Shown piece after piece: positions 8,301 to 15,058 of a DNA stretch of 32,398 nucleotides. The DNA lies in NCBI GenBank assembly GCA_964252075.1, contig CAXULY010000051.1, forward strand, positions 1 to 32,398. The letters are read 5' to 3'. This DNA is from an uncultured Deinococcaceae bacterium (GTDB lineage: Bacteria; Deinococcota; Deinococci; Deinococcales; Deinococcaceae). The position numbers and the translations under genes were made by a program. The notes beneath the pieces are model-generated. The model was not told the DNA's origin and did not search any database. It worked only from the letters and a program-made list of their open reading frames with translations. How positions within the stretch are numbered: the stretch's first letter is position 1; each line of letters opens with the position of its first letter.

Positions 8301-10158
8301 TCAGGTCGGTGAGCAGGCCACTGGCGTAGGTGAAGGTCACCTCGCGCGTGTACGTGGTGCCCTGGCGCAGGTACCCGATGTGTGTGAGCAGGTGCGTGAT
8401 GGTGTCGTAGTCGTATTGCGTGGAGCGTCCCCACTCGTCTTGCACGCGGGCGAGACGGCCGGTGTTGAGTCCGTCGTACCCGTAGGTGGTGCGGTAGGTG
8501 GTGGCCACTCCATCCGGGTCGCCGGCGGTGTTGCCGCGGTACTGCTGGTGGGGGTTCTGACTGTAGCTGGGATACTCGCCGTCATCCTTGAAGGTGGTGC
8601 GGTTACCGTGCGCGTCGTAGTAGTGCGCGACGGTGATGGACTTCGTGGCGTCCGTCGGATCAGTGCGGCTGACGAGCACCACCCAGTCCTGCTGGTACTG
8701 GCGCCCTGGTGTTGCGTCGAGGGTGTAGTACGCGACGGGGTCGCTGCTGGATACGTACTGCTGAATCCAGCTGGGGCGGTGTCCGGTGTCAGTGGTGGTT
8801 TTCGTGAAATTCAGCGTGGTTCCGTCCCCGACACCGATGGACAGGGTGTTGGGGGCCGTGGCGGCTGGCTCAATGCGCTTGGTGAGCTGCTGCACCGAGA
8901 AGTTGCGGACATCCCACGATGGGAGGTCCGTCTGTGTTTTGAACGCTTGGAAGGTCCGGCGCGTGTACGGCGTGCCGCTCACCACGTCAAAGTCCGTGGT
9001 GAAGGTCTGCCACTGCGGGGTGACCGCCGCGTTGGCCATGTAGAGGTCATCCAGGCCGTACTGGATGGTGGTGTTGCTGGGCGCTCGAGCTTCGAAGCTC
9101 ACACGAAACTTGCCGAAGCTGCGGTTGGGTTCCTCGTGCAAGATGCCGGTGTTGGCGGGCGGGATGCCCTGTGCGGTGTTGTTTTCCCCGTTGATGCGGT
9201 AGGCATTCAAGCCGGGCGAGGTGTACGGCTTCGCCCAGTACCCCTGCCAGGTGGCGCTGGTGAGGTCCTGGGGGGTCGCCAGGTTGGTGGCCCCGACGGG
9301 GCCGTTGCCACCCACCACGATGACCTGCTGGCGGACCGAGATGTCGCCAATTTGCCAGTTCGGGTTTCCAGCGACGTTCTCGAAGATTTGGAAGGTCCGG
9401 TTGGTCGTGTTGTTGACCATGAAGGACGTGGTGAAGGTCTGCCAGGTGGTGGTGAGGGTGGCGGACGCTTGCAGGGGATCATCCAAACCGTATTGGATGG
9501 GCAGCGTGCCAGAGAGCGTCCGCCCCGTGAAGCTCACTTGGTACTGACCTGGACCAAGAGCGCCGGGCAGATACACCCCACTGTACTTTTCTGCTCCGGT
9601 AACGCCGGAGTCAGCAAACTCCAATGTGAAGTAGGACGGCCCAAGGTTCGTGATCGCTGGTTTTTTGAAATACCCCGGCCAGTAGCTGGTCGTGACGTCC
9701 TGATTGGTGATGAGGTTGCTTGGAGTTGTGATCGCCTGTTGAGGCCAGCTGCTGATGGGGTCGGAAGTGCGCTGTAGAAGGTCTTTGCGAAAACCATACA
9801 GCCGCATTTTGTTGTTGAGGCTCCAGTTGCCGCTGAAGAGTCCCTGACGATCCTTGCTGTCGTGATCCGTGCTCCCGATCACGCTGTTGTTGCTGAGGGC
9901 GTCGGTGCCGAGGTACAGGCTTCCAGTGGCGAGGTTGACGGCGTCGCTGACATCCCCAAAGCCGGGGGCGTCGAAGCTGGCGACATCCAGCGGGAGGCGG
10001 GTGATGCCGGCGTTGGGTCGGAAGTACACGTCCGGGTTGGCGAGGGCCACGCCGCCAGGTCCGAGAATCCCGGTGAGGTAGCTGACCAGGAGGATCAGCG
10101 CCGGTAATCGTTCTCGAGATGATCTTAAGGATTGTATGGGCTCATGATGAGTTTTCAT
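2380..10158 (-). CDS. Giant YD/Rhs-repeat polymorphic toxin with HINT domain and C-terminal toxin tip
   Basis: Uninterrupted ORF (start 10158 MKTHH or 10188). Hydrophobic segment LPALILLVSYLTGILGPGGVALA; DAVNLATGSL motif; many YD repeats (e.g. TYTYDASG, TYGYDDRGN, TYDALGN); TG-like segment; HINT (NSF...TTTPEHPFY...MYNLEVAEAHTFFVG...LVHNC); 109-aa tip. Confidence 0.92.
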   Translation of the reverse strand: MKTHHEPIQSLRSSRERLPALILLVSYLTGILGPGGVALANPDVYFRPNAGITRLPLDVASFDAPGFGDVSDAVNLATGSLYLGTDALSNNSVIGSTDHDSKDRQGLFSGNWSLNNKMRLYGFRKDLLQRTSDPISSWPQQAITTPSNLITNQDVTTSYWPGYFKKPAITNLGPSYFTLEFADSGVTGAEKYSGVYLPGALGPGQYQVSFTGRTLSGTLPIQYGLDDPLQASATLTTTWQTFTTSFMVNNTTNRTFQIFENVAGNPNWQIGDISVRQQVIVVGGNGPVGATNLATPQDLTSATWQGYWAKPYTSPGLNAYRINGENNTAQGIPPANTGILHEEPNRSFGKFRVSFEARAPSNTTIQYGLDDLYMANAAVTPQWQTFTTDFDVVSGTPYTRRTFQAFKTQTDLPSWDVRNFSVQQLTKRIEPAATAPNTLSIGVGDGTTLNFTKTTTDTGHRPSWIQQYVSSSDPVAYYTLDATPGRQYQQDWVVLVSRTDPTDATKSITVAHYYDAHGNRTTFKDDGEYPSYSQNPHQQYRGNTAGDPDGVATTYRTTYGYDGLNTGRLARVQDEWGRSTQYDYDTITHLLTHIGYLRQGTTYTREVTFTYASGLLTDLTYIAGGSSRATHFAYSGTHIQSIRRPGPNGNLTTSYTYYPDGNQNAGRIWTVAEPGVTAITYAYNGTTVTETQGTKTQTYTYDASGVLRGRNDNGQNYDFIYDPNGSIGRITFPTGKVATYGYDDRGNTTLLQVAGGTDPTTGGPITQTVTTQYDNNNNPSVLTTTGAAVRKDVFTNSYYGAGAISQVKDTMTAGAYTTINTKTFDTAGRQSLESDSWGTSSHTVTYAYGGSPAAPYADFPTRITDTASGGAPSITRDLTYNALGNALTDVQAARSVTRTFNGFGELLTERLAGGGADRTESWTRNADGSVATHTLGGRVTTSTYDGNGFLTNVSDPTHSVSYDRYDGFGRLTQQTEDGVVTKFTAYDRWDRVAGKTITADDGGVRTLSYGYDAGGVLLSQSETYGNGNAGSYTNTINNEVDSLGRITKTIMNTGTSASYTIKTVYDADDHPTKITDSRYTGSDGVEHPEVLTYDALGNMLTDTQGSGSAHTYTNDAHGNVLSDTLTDAGTSKSSFDGRDQVYSHTDARGDVTTYLHDALGNVISERRPYGVSLVSTYDALSRQLTSNDPKGNAITHTYDAFGSMLTETLAGVTLLRHTYNAAGQLIQVEEPNQNGVLVITQQFGAFENNRPTAIAKINKDSLVNYTYGYTPNGKIQSIASGADYSVSNAYDGHGNLVSTTTSNTGGTNYSETNRYDRYDNPVDKTTPISTVHNDYDLRNNIISKTENDVTTTYTYDLQDKLLSENGAGVHKIYTNYLSGWRSSEKLGNGTITTYTYDGVGDVLTEHVDNHHTNTYTYNAQHLRTRRDFEGIPAVYAQQRDATGKFINLSTTGNLVKYSTFWFFDSNGNLTETYDQPTGTTLQQNHYTYSNFTILNKPKSITWDVQAKVQPLVMTNDLYTVFGGKNGVLAGATTGTATVTYTNSDRGADIASVNLTEQVPEPYPPTTTDNPKLNYNRLGRNVSNTLTYSYFNSMQRKSVTNAPNSGTARTVNYDYDSQGRVTQEGAVLTSYSGNTVTKTKGLRNASDFAERVMVNGRETSSTIGYNVTGTHYNASGLVDLITTSLTYRTGSTTTTFAYDAEGRLSQKTQSGSTATFVLDPNGSGSVRQINVSNGPSVIYTLDALGNRLGVAGNTTSGAVGLISTDNFDGYQKRYDADLRPAEFAKVGDSVLKDGKWYWNSRYALYRYDPLGNQVLTAQTTIAEYGPNNLSSPDPYPYQIHSVGESLTTAVFVGNDAQMMRSETAYGRQTMTPVVEQDPRIEAGGSDGPQNLRDQTYTLADTVGDTVNWGGVMPFDTTKATPRQPGEAVPELSAPTPSVSQQFGLQPVNIQPPTIGSVPLTGGTAPAATPNAGMGVVPNVTGFSAVLPPSGVVPPSAPVVGSDGPNGVLAPNTNVVPTTTGGAPLAAGAGPAGVVPQVGAVTAPLAPGAPTTGGTGAQDGSFGVPLPPEATAVVPGIVNGGVVPTLPDGPHGGNAPVTLVTLDDPENRMENRAANLDEVAQKVKSLNDDSLSDAQRQVILDSALRLLGNYIGGQNSVASAQLFIDSVSNLPAADRTLLKIRMVEGIMADEISANDLHNLAYDASKLKSTNLSSEARYQLINYDIAINVQIEATANGVGTFLGLRDAIEATTGQTGGNFSQPISLKSRLVSGGLVLLGFVPGERVVAGGAKLASSIVRFGRLFEKAIDGLEALAKRASKAREAGHPNCLNSFEASTLVRTATGAVAIGALTVGANVLAFNEDTGKNEVEPVLQVLKHEDGALTLLSLVDPASRQSETLTTTPEHPFYITERSDTEARPKPVGHEDLNEHWVGAGHLKVGDKIRKADGTTGVVKYVNTVSETRTMYNLEVAEAHTFFVGTGGWLVHNCANKAEETAARTYTQPGWIKKDLYSELTDLVDSGRLSPDVLKKFEESLKGFASGKGSTGIKPLGGSGVKIGGFTYQYELKVLGQGGGARLYGNMNERGQVIFERFARDH
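2383..2709 (-). other. C-terminal toxin domain, RelE/BECR-like RNase candidate
   Basis: Follows HN|C of the HINT domain; helical start, then GIKPL...YELKV...GGARLYG...VIFERF, resembling the RelE/ParE-like beta-sheet pattern. Confidence 0.5.
2710..3177 (-). other. Polymorphic-toxin HINT (intein-like) domain, 156 aa
   Basis: Block A SFEASTLV, block B TTTPEHPFY, block F/G MYNLEVAEAHTFFVGTGGWLVHN followed by Cys. Confidence 0.92.
8887..9717 (-). repeat. Two tandem ~130-aa repeats within the toxin, CBM/galactose-binding-like
   Basis: NLITNQD..WPGY..KP...VSF...IQYGLDD...WQTFTTSF...RTFQ...W.I..ISVRQ (9328-9717) versus NLATPQD..WQGY..KP...VSF...IQYGLDD...WQTFTTDF...RTFQ...W.V..FSVQQ (8887-9285). 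Confidence 0.8.
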
Positions 10159-10348
10159 CTTTCTTATCTTCTCGCAGTTGCGAATCATTTGGATGTGAAA
10201 GAGGGCATGACAGAAATCTGCCCTTTGTGTGCATCTCTAACCTATGACTGCGGGGCTCAGTCCGTACGGAGCGAGCCAAAGTTCTTACACATAGAAATTA
10301 AGGAGACAGTATTCTTAATTTTATGAGTCAAGTTTTTGAGGCGATTCG
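10159..10348. promoter_or_regulatory. AT-rich divergent promoter region with inverted repeats
   Basis: Lies between divergent genes; palindrome gctc-ag-tccgtacgga-gc-gagc (10255-10276); inverted repeat cata-g-aaattaag...cttaattt-tatg (10290-10325). Confidence 0.55.
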
Positions 10349-11482
10349 ATGAAGGTCGCCCGCCCCCTGACCCCTCTGCTCACCAGTCTGGCGCTTGCCG
10401 CGTGTAGTGACAGCGGCCTCCCCCCGCAGGTCCGCATCGCCGCCCCCAGCAACAACAGCAGCATCAGCGGCACCGCGAACGTCCAGCTGCAGACGGGCAG
10501 CGACAGCAGCATCACCAGAATCGACCTGTACGCCCGCGAGATCGGCAGCGCCGACCCCGGCCAACTGCTCGGCACGACCAGCCAACCGACCGACAGCCAA
10601 CAGGGCAGCGCCAGCACCTCCTACGTCGTGAGCTGGAACACCGGCACCCTCCCGAACCTCGCGCCCGTCGAGCTGTACGCCGTCGCCACCGGCGACGGCG
10701 GTGAGGGCACCTCCGACCCCGTGCGCCTCACGGTCAGCAACACCGGCGCGCCCGCCCTCAGCTACTTCGCGGGCTTCAACCTCCCCAGCGGCCCCATCGG
10801 CATCCAACGCATGCGCACCCTCCCGCACCTGAATGCCGTGCTGCCCCCTCTGCAGCCCCAACACAAGCGCACCACCGCCCCGGCGCGGCCGCAGGGGAGC
10901 GACCACCACTACGCGGTGGAGTGGGCCTGGACGCCCATCCAGGGCGTCGCCGGGTACTACCTGAACCTCAGCCAGAAGGGCCTCCTCGGCCCCTACACGC
11001 GCCAGCACGGCCAGCAGCCGGACGGCACCAGCGGCCTGCAGCGCTACTCCACGAACGTCGACGCGCCCGCGCCGGGCGCGCACCTGTACGGCACCGTCAC
11101 GGCCATCGCCTCCACCGGCGAGACCCCCGCCTCCAACACCACCGAAGCGAAATTCCTGCCTGACCAGGCGGCCAGCGGCCCGAGCGGCGCGGTGAACGCC
11201 CGCACCCTCACCCTCAGCTGGCCCGCGAACAGCAGCCCCGACGTGCTCGGGTACCTGTACTTCGTGTACACCAAAAACCCCCTCACCGACCCGGGCGCCA
11301 CGCCCGTCTGGACCAACCCCGGCGGGCGCTCCACCGCGCAGCTCAGCGTCGCGTACCCCGACACCCGCGACCCCCTGCCCGCCGGGACGTACTACTGGTG
11401 GGCGGTGGGCGTCGCCTTCTCCGATGAGGGCCGGCCGAACGGCTTCTCGTTCAGCGACCTGCAGTCCTTCACGGTCCAGTAG
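10349..11482 (+). CDS. Lipoprotein with Ig-like / fibronectin-like beta domains (377 aa)
   Basis: Lipobox LALAA|C; PQVRIAAP..N.S.ISGT...YVVSWNT..LP...LYAVATG resembles a bacterial Ig-like domain; C-terminal FN3-like patterns (LTLSWP...GYLYFVY, LPAGTYYWWAVG); gagg RBS. Confidence 0.82.
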   Translation: MKVARPLTPLLTSLALAACSDSGLPPQVRIAAPSNNSSISGTANVQLQTGSDSSITRIDLYAREIGSADPGQLLGTTSQPTDSQQGSASTSYVVSWNTGTLPNLAPVELYAVATGDGGEGTSDPVRLTVSNTGAPALSYFAGFNLPSGPIGIQRMRTLPHLNAVLPPLQPQHKRTTAPARPQGSDHHYAVEWAWTPIQGVAGYYLNLSQKGLLGPYTRQHGQQPDGTSGLQRYSTNVDAPAPGAHLYGTVTAIASTGETPASNTTEAKFLPDQAASGPSGAVNARTLTLSWPANSSPDVLGYLYFVYTKNPLTDPGATPVWTNPGGRSTAQLSVAYPDTRDPLPAGTYYWWAVGVAFSDEGRPNGFSFSDLQSFTVQ

Positions 11483-13524
11483 TGCGCGTCCCGCCCCTCC
11501 TGATGCTGCTCACCGCGCTGCTGCTGACCGCCTGCGCGGACAGCGGTGAGCCCAGCATGGCCCCCAGCCAGAGCTTCACGCTCACGCAGGTCCTGCCGAA
11601 CCCCGCGGAGGTCGGCGGGGACTTTACTGTGTACGGCCGCTTCCCGACCGACCCGGCCCTGCGCCTCAGCGGCCAGGGCGCCACCTACACCCTCACCCCG
11701 CGCGTGGGCGTGGGCGTGCTGACGGCGAGCGTGCCGGCCGCCGCGGTGGCCGGCCGGTACACGCTTGCCCTGACGGCGGGCGGAGGCACCCTCAGCCTGG
11801 CCCTCGCGCCGAAACTGACGGCGGTGGCGCAGGGCGAGCCCGGCCACCTGCGCCTCTCGGGCCGCGGCTGGACCGCCGCCGGCGCCCTGGCGTCCGGCAC
11901 CAGCGTGCTGGTGGACGGCGCCCCCACCAGCGTCCAGCTGACCGGCGGCGACCTCGACGCCACCCTGCCGACCGGCGTGGGGTACGGGCAGCTGGACGTG
12001 CAGGTAGTCGTGAACGCCGTCGGGAGCGCCGTCCTGCACACCGTGCTGCAGGCGGCGAGCGTCACCGGTCAGCTCGGCGCGCCCCCCCAGCTGACCGCGC
12101 AGGCCGCCCGCGTGCCCGACACGCCCCCCGGCCCGGCCCTGCTGGTGCAGGGCGCCCTGCCGAACCCCGCCTTTCCCGGCCTGACGCGCGCAGAGGACCT
12201 CCCCGAGCTGAACCGCACGCGCCTGCGGTTCGCGGACACCGCGCACGCCGCCCATGCCGCGCGCGTCCTCCAGGCGCAGGGGCGCGCCACCGAGTACGAC
12301 GCGGCCATCCACCTGGACGCCCAGGCGAGCCGCACGACCGGCGACCCCAGCGCCCTCGGCGCGCAGTGGTTCTGGCCGCTGCTCGCCCTGCCCGACGCGG
12401 ACGCCAGCCCGAACGGCGCGGGCGTCACCGTCGCGGTCCTCGACACGGGCGTGGCGCCCGACCACCCGGACCTCCAGGCGCAGCTGCTGCCCGGCTGGAA
12501 CTTCGTGACGGGCGGCAGCGACACCAGTGACCACGTCGGGCACGGCACGCACGTCGCGGGCCTGATCGCCGCGCGCGGCCGCGTGCGCGGCGCGGCGCCT
12601 GGCGCGAAGCTGCTGCCCGTGAAGGTCCTGGATGACGGCGCGGGCGACGCCTCCACCGTCGCGCAGGGCGTGCTGTGGGCCGCGGGCCTCGACGCCAGCC
12701 ACCCCAACCCGCACCCCGCGCAGGTGCTGAACCTCTCGCTCGGCACCGGCACCACCAGCACCGCCCTCACGGACGCCATCGGGCGTGCCCGCGCGCACGG
12801 CGTGATCGTGGTCGTCGCGGGCGGCAACAACGGCGGGCCGCTCGCCTTCCCCGCCTCCCTGCCGGACGTGCTGTCCGTCACGGCCGTCGCGGGCCCGCAG
12901 GACCTGTACCACCCCGAGTACGCCAACAGCGGCGCCACCCTGAAGCTCAGCGCGTACGGCGGTGACCTCGGCGCGGACCAGAACCGGGACGGCGTCCCGG
13001 ACGGCATCCTCTCCACCGACGTGGATGAGCTCGGCTCGCCCACCTACGGGCTGCGCAACGGCACCTCCATGGCCGCTCCGCAGGTGAGCGGGCTGGTGGC
13101 GCGCGCGCTCAGTGCGGGCCTGCCCGCCGCGACCCTCCCGGTGCTCCTCACGCACGGCGCGGTGGACCTCGGCCCGCTCGGCCCGGACCCGCAGTTCGGC
13201 TTCGGGCTCCTCACCGCGCGCGCCACCCAGCCCGCCACGCCGCGCGCCGCCGCGTTCGCCGTGCGGGACGGCGCGGTGGTGGCCTTCGCGCCCGTCCCGC
13301 CCGACGGCCGCTTCCGCCTCAACGGCGTGCCCCCGCAATCGCCCGTCAGCGTGATCGTCGCGACGGACGTGGACGGCAACGGCCGGTACGGCGAGCCCGG
13401 CGAGGCGCGCAGCGCCCCGCAGGGCCTCACGCTCGGCGCGGGCGAGGTCCGCGCCCTGGGGAACGTGCCCCTCACCATCGCCCCCCCCGACGCTTCCGCC
13501 CTCACGCCCCCCCAGGAGCCCTGA
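11482..13524 (+). CDS. Lipoprotein S8 (subtilisin-family) serine peptidase with N-terminal IPT/TIG-like and C-terminal beta domains (680 aa)
   Basis: Lipobox LLLTA|C; catalytic motifs VAVLDTG, HGTHVAG, GTSMAAP; oxyanion region AGGNNG; TAG/GTG 1-nt overlap with the upstream gene. Confidence 0.93.
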   Translation: MRVPPLLMLLTALLLTACADSGEPSMAPSQSFTLTQVLPNPAEVGGDFTVYGRFPTDPALRLSGQGATYTLTPRVGVGVLTASVPAAAVAGRYTLALTAGGGTLSLALAPKLTAVAQGEPGHLRLSGRGWTAAGALASGTSVLVDGAPTSVQLTGGDLDATLPTGVGYGQLDVQVVVNAVGSAVLHTVLQAASVTGQLGAPPQLTAQAARVPDTPPGPALLVQGALPNPAFPGLTRAEDLPELNRTRLRFADTAHAAHAARVLQAQGRATEYDAAIHLDAQASRTTGDPSALGAQWFWPLLALPDADASPNGAGVTVAVLDTGVAPDHPDLQAQLLPGWNFVTGGSDTSDHVGHGTHVAGLIAARGRVRGAAPGAKLLPVKVLDDGAGDASTVAQGVLWAAGLDASHPNPHPAQVLNLSLGTGTTSTALTDAIGRARAHGVIVVVAGGNNGGPLAFPASLPDVLSVTAVAGPQDLYHPEYANSGATLKLSAYGGDLGADQNRDGVPDGILSTDVDELGSPTYGLRNGTSMAAPQVSGLVARALSAGLPAATLPVLLTHGAVDLGPLGPDPQFGFGLLTARATQPATPRAAAFAVRDGAVVAFAPVPPDGRFRLNGVPPQSPVSVIVATDVDGNGRYGEPGEARSAPQGLTLGAGEVRALGNVPLTIAPPDASALTPPQEP

Positions 13525-13527
13525 CCC

Positions 13528-14733
13528 ATGCGCACCCTCTTGTGCACCCTCGCCCTCACCGCCGCCCTGCTGGGCGGCGCGCTGGCCGTCACCGTCACCC
13601 CGCAGATCGACGGGGACACCCTGCGCCTCGCGGCGGACGGCAACATCCGCTTCACCGTGGACCCCTACACCGGCGCGGTCAGCATCGACGACGCGACCTT
13701 CGCGCCGAACTCCATCCTGCCCGTCGGCGTGAAGTGGCAGCAGCGCGGCAAGAACCTCGTGATCCTCCCGGACCGCGCGTCGCAGATCAGCCTCTCCCCC
13801 GACGGCACGCAACTCGTCCTGACGCACGCCGCGACCACCGCCGTGCCGGCCCTCACGGCGCTCGGGTCCCTCAAGGACGACGCGGGCAAGCCGCTCGCGC
13901 CGATCTTCATTCCCCTCGCGAACGCCGACCCGCAGAGCGTCGCGGGCATCCTCACGAACCTCTACACCAACATCCGCGTGCAGGTGGACGCCCGGCAGCG
14001 CGCGGTGCTGGTCCTCACCAGCCCGGAGAACCAGGCGGTCATCACGCAGGTCGTGAAGACCCTCGACCAGGGGCGCCCGCAGGTCGCCCTGGAGGCCGAG
14101 CTGCTGGAGGTGAACCGCTCGCTGTCGCAGAACATCGGCATCGACTACGACAACCTCATCACCTTCAAGTTTGGGGAGACGCCCGGCAAGAACGGCCTGT
14201 CCGTCGGGAAGATCACGCGCGGCGGCTTCTCGCTGGGCGTGGGCATCGACCTGCTGAAGCAAAACGGCGCCGCGAAGATCCTGGCGCGCCCGCGCGTCAC
14301 GACGCTGGACGGCATGGAGGCGAAGATCAACTCCACGCAGACCACGCCGGTCGTGACGACCACCACCACCACCAGCACCGTGCAGAGCATCACGACCGGC
14401 ATCACGCTGCGCATCACGCCGCGCGTCGCGCCGGACGGCACGGTCGAGGCGACCCTCGACATCCTGGTGTCCACCCCGACGGGCGTGACGGATTCGGGTC
14501 TGCCGCAGTTCGCGTCCCGCGAGGCGTCCACCACCGTGCGCGTTGCAAACGGTGAACCCATCGCGATTGGTGGCCTGCTGGAGTCGCGGACGCTGACCAG
14601 TCAGAACAAGGTGCCGATCCTGGGGGACCTGCCGCTCATCGGGGCGCTGTTCACGAAGACGCAGACGCAGACGCAGGACACCGACCTGGTGATCGTCGTG
14701 ACGCCCAGGATTATCGACCCCACCGACAGGTGA
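13528..14733 (+). CDS. Secretin (GspD/PilQ family), compact, 401 aa
   Basis: Signal peptide ending GALA; one N3/NolW-like repeat (LANADPQSVAGIL...VDARQRAVLV); secretin motifs QVALEAELLEV, KILARPRVTTLDG, GITLRITPRV, IGGLL, KVPILGDLPLIGALF, LVIVVTPRII; starts 3 nt after the protease stop with a caggag RBS. Confidence 0.93.
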   Translation: MRTLLCTLALTAALLGGALAVTVTPQIDGDTLRLAADGNIRFTVDPYTGAVSIDDATFAPNSILPVGVKWQQRGKNLVILPDRASQISLSPDGTQLVLTHAATTAVPALTALGSLKDDAGKPLAPIFIPLANADPQSVAGILTNLYTNIRVQVDARQRAVLVLTSPENQAVITQVVKTLDQGRPQVALEAELLEVNRSLSQNIGIDYDNLITFKFGETPGKNGLSVGKITRGGFSLGVGIDLLKQNGAAKILARPRVTTLDGMEAKINSTQTTPVVTTTTTTSTVQSITTGITLRITPRVAPDGTVEATLDILVSTPTGVTDSGLPQFASREASTTVRVANGEPIAIGGLLESRTLTSQNKVPILGDLPLIGALFTKTQTQTQDTDLVIVVTPRIIDPTDR

Positions 14734-14788
14734 GCTCGGCGCCAGCACCGTGAGGCGCGGCGCTGAAGGATCCGAAGTGGACCTCACC

Positions 14789-14831
14789 GGGGAGGGGGCC
14801 GCAGTGGGGATTCCGCTGCGGCCCCCTCCCC
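14789..14831. terminator. Strong hairpin after the secretin operon
   Basis: Perfect 16-bp stem ggggagggggccgcag/ctgcggccccctcccc; no clear U-tract. Confidence 0.6.
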
Positions 14832-15058
14832 TCGCCCGTGCTGAGGCGTATGAGGTGCGCGTTCACGTCCCCGCCGAACCACGACGGGCGTCGGTGCCCT
14901 GAACCCCATTCAATGACCCATTCGGCTCAGAAAATCAGCAACCAGAGGCATGGCGATCAGCCAGCAGGATGGGCGACGAAGAGCCGACCTTATGCCCGTC
15001 TCCCCCCAGCCATTCCGGTGGTTTCACGGGACTGAGGCGCGCCCCTGGTTCGTGAGGG

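Noticed and set aside
8239..9777. 512-aa plus-strand ORF inside the toxin gene
   Set aside because: Antisense shadow of the high-GC part of the Rhs ORF
2380..10158. T6SS effector or TcC-type assignment for the Rhs protein
   Set aside because: No PAAR/VgrG domain, Eag chaperone or TcB partner seen, and the N-terminus looks like a signal peptide
10159..10348. Deinococcus radiation/desiccation response motif (RDRM) in the divergent promoter
   Set aside because: Only a half-site (acagaa) is present; no 17-bp palindromic match seen by eye
14356..14379. (acc)n run in the secretin gene as a phase-variation tract
   Set aside because: Trinucleotide unit encoding poly-Thr in a variable loop; slippage would keep the frame
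11392..14787. 1131-aa minus-strand ORF
   Set aside because: Antisense shadow of the high-GC subtilase and secretin genes; R/G/A-rich with no motifs
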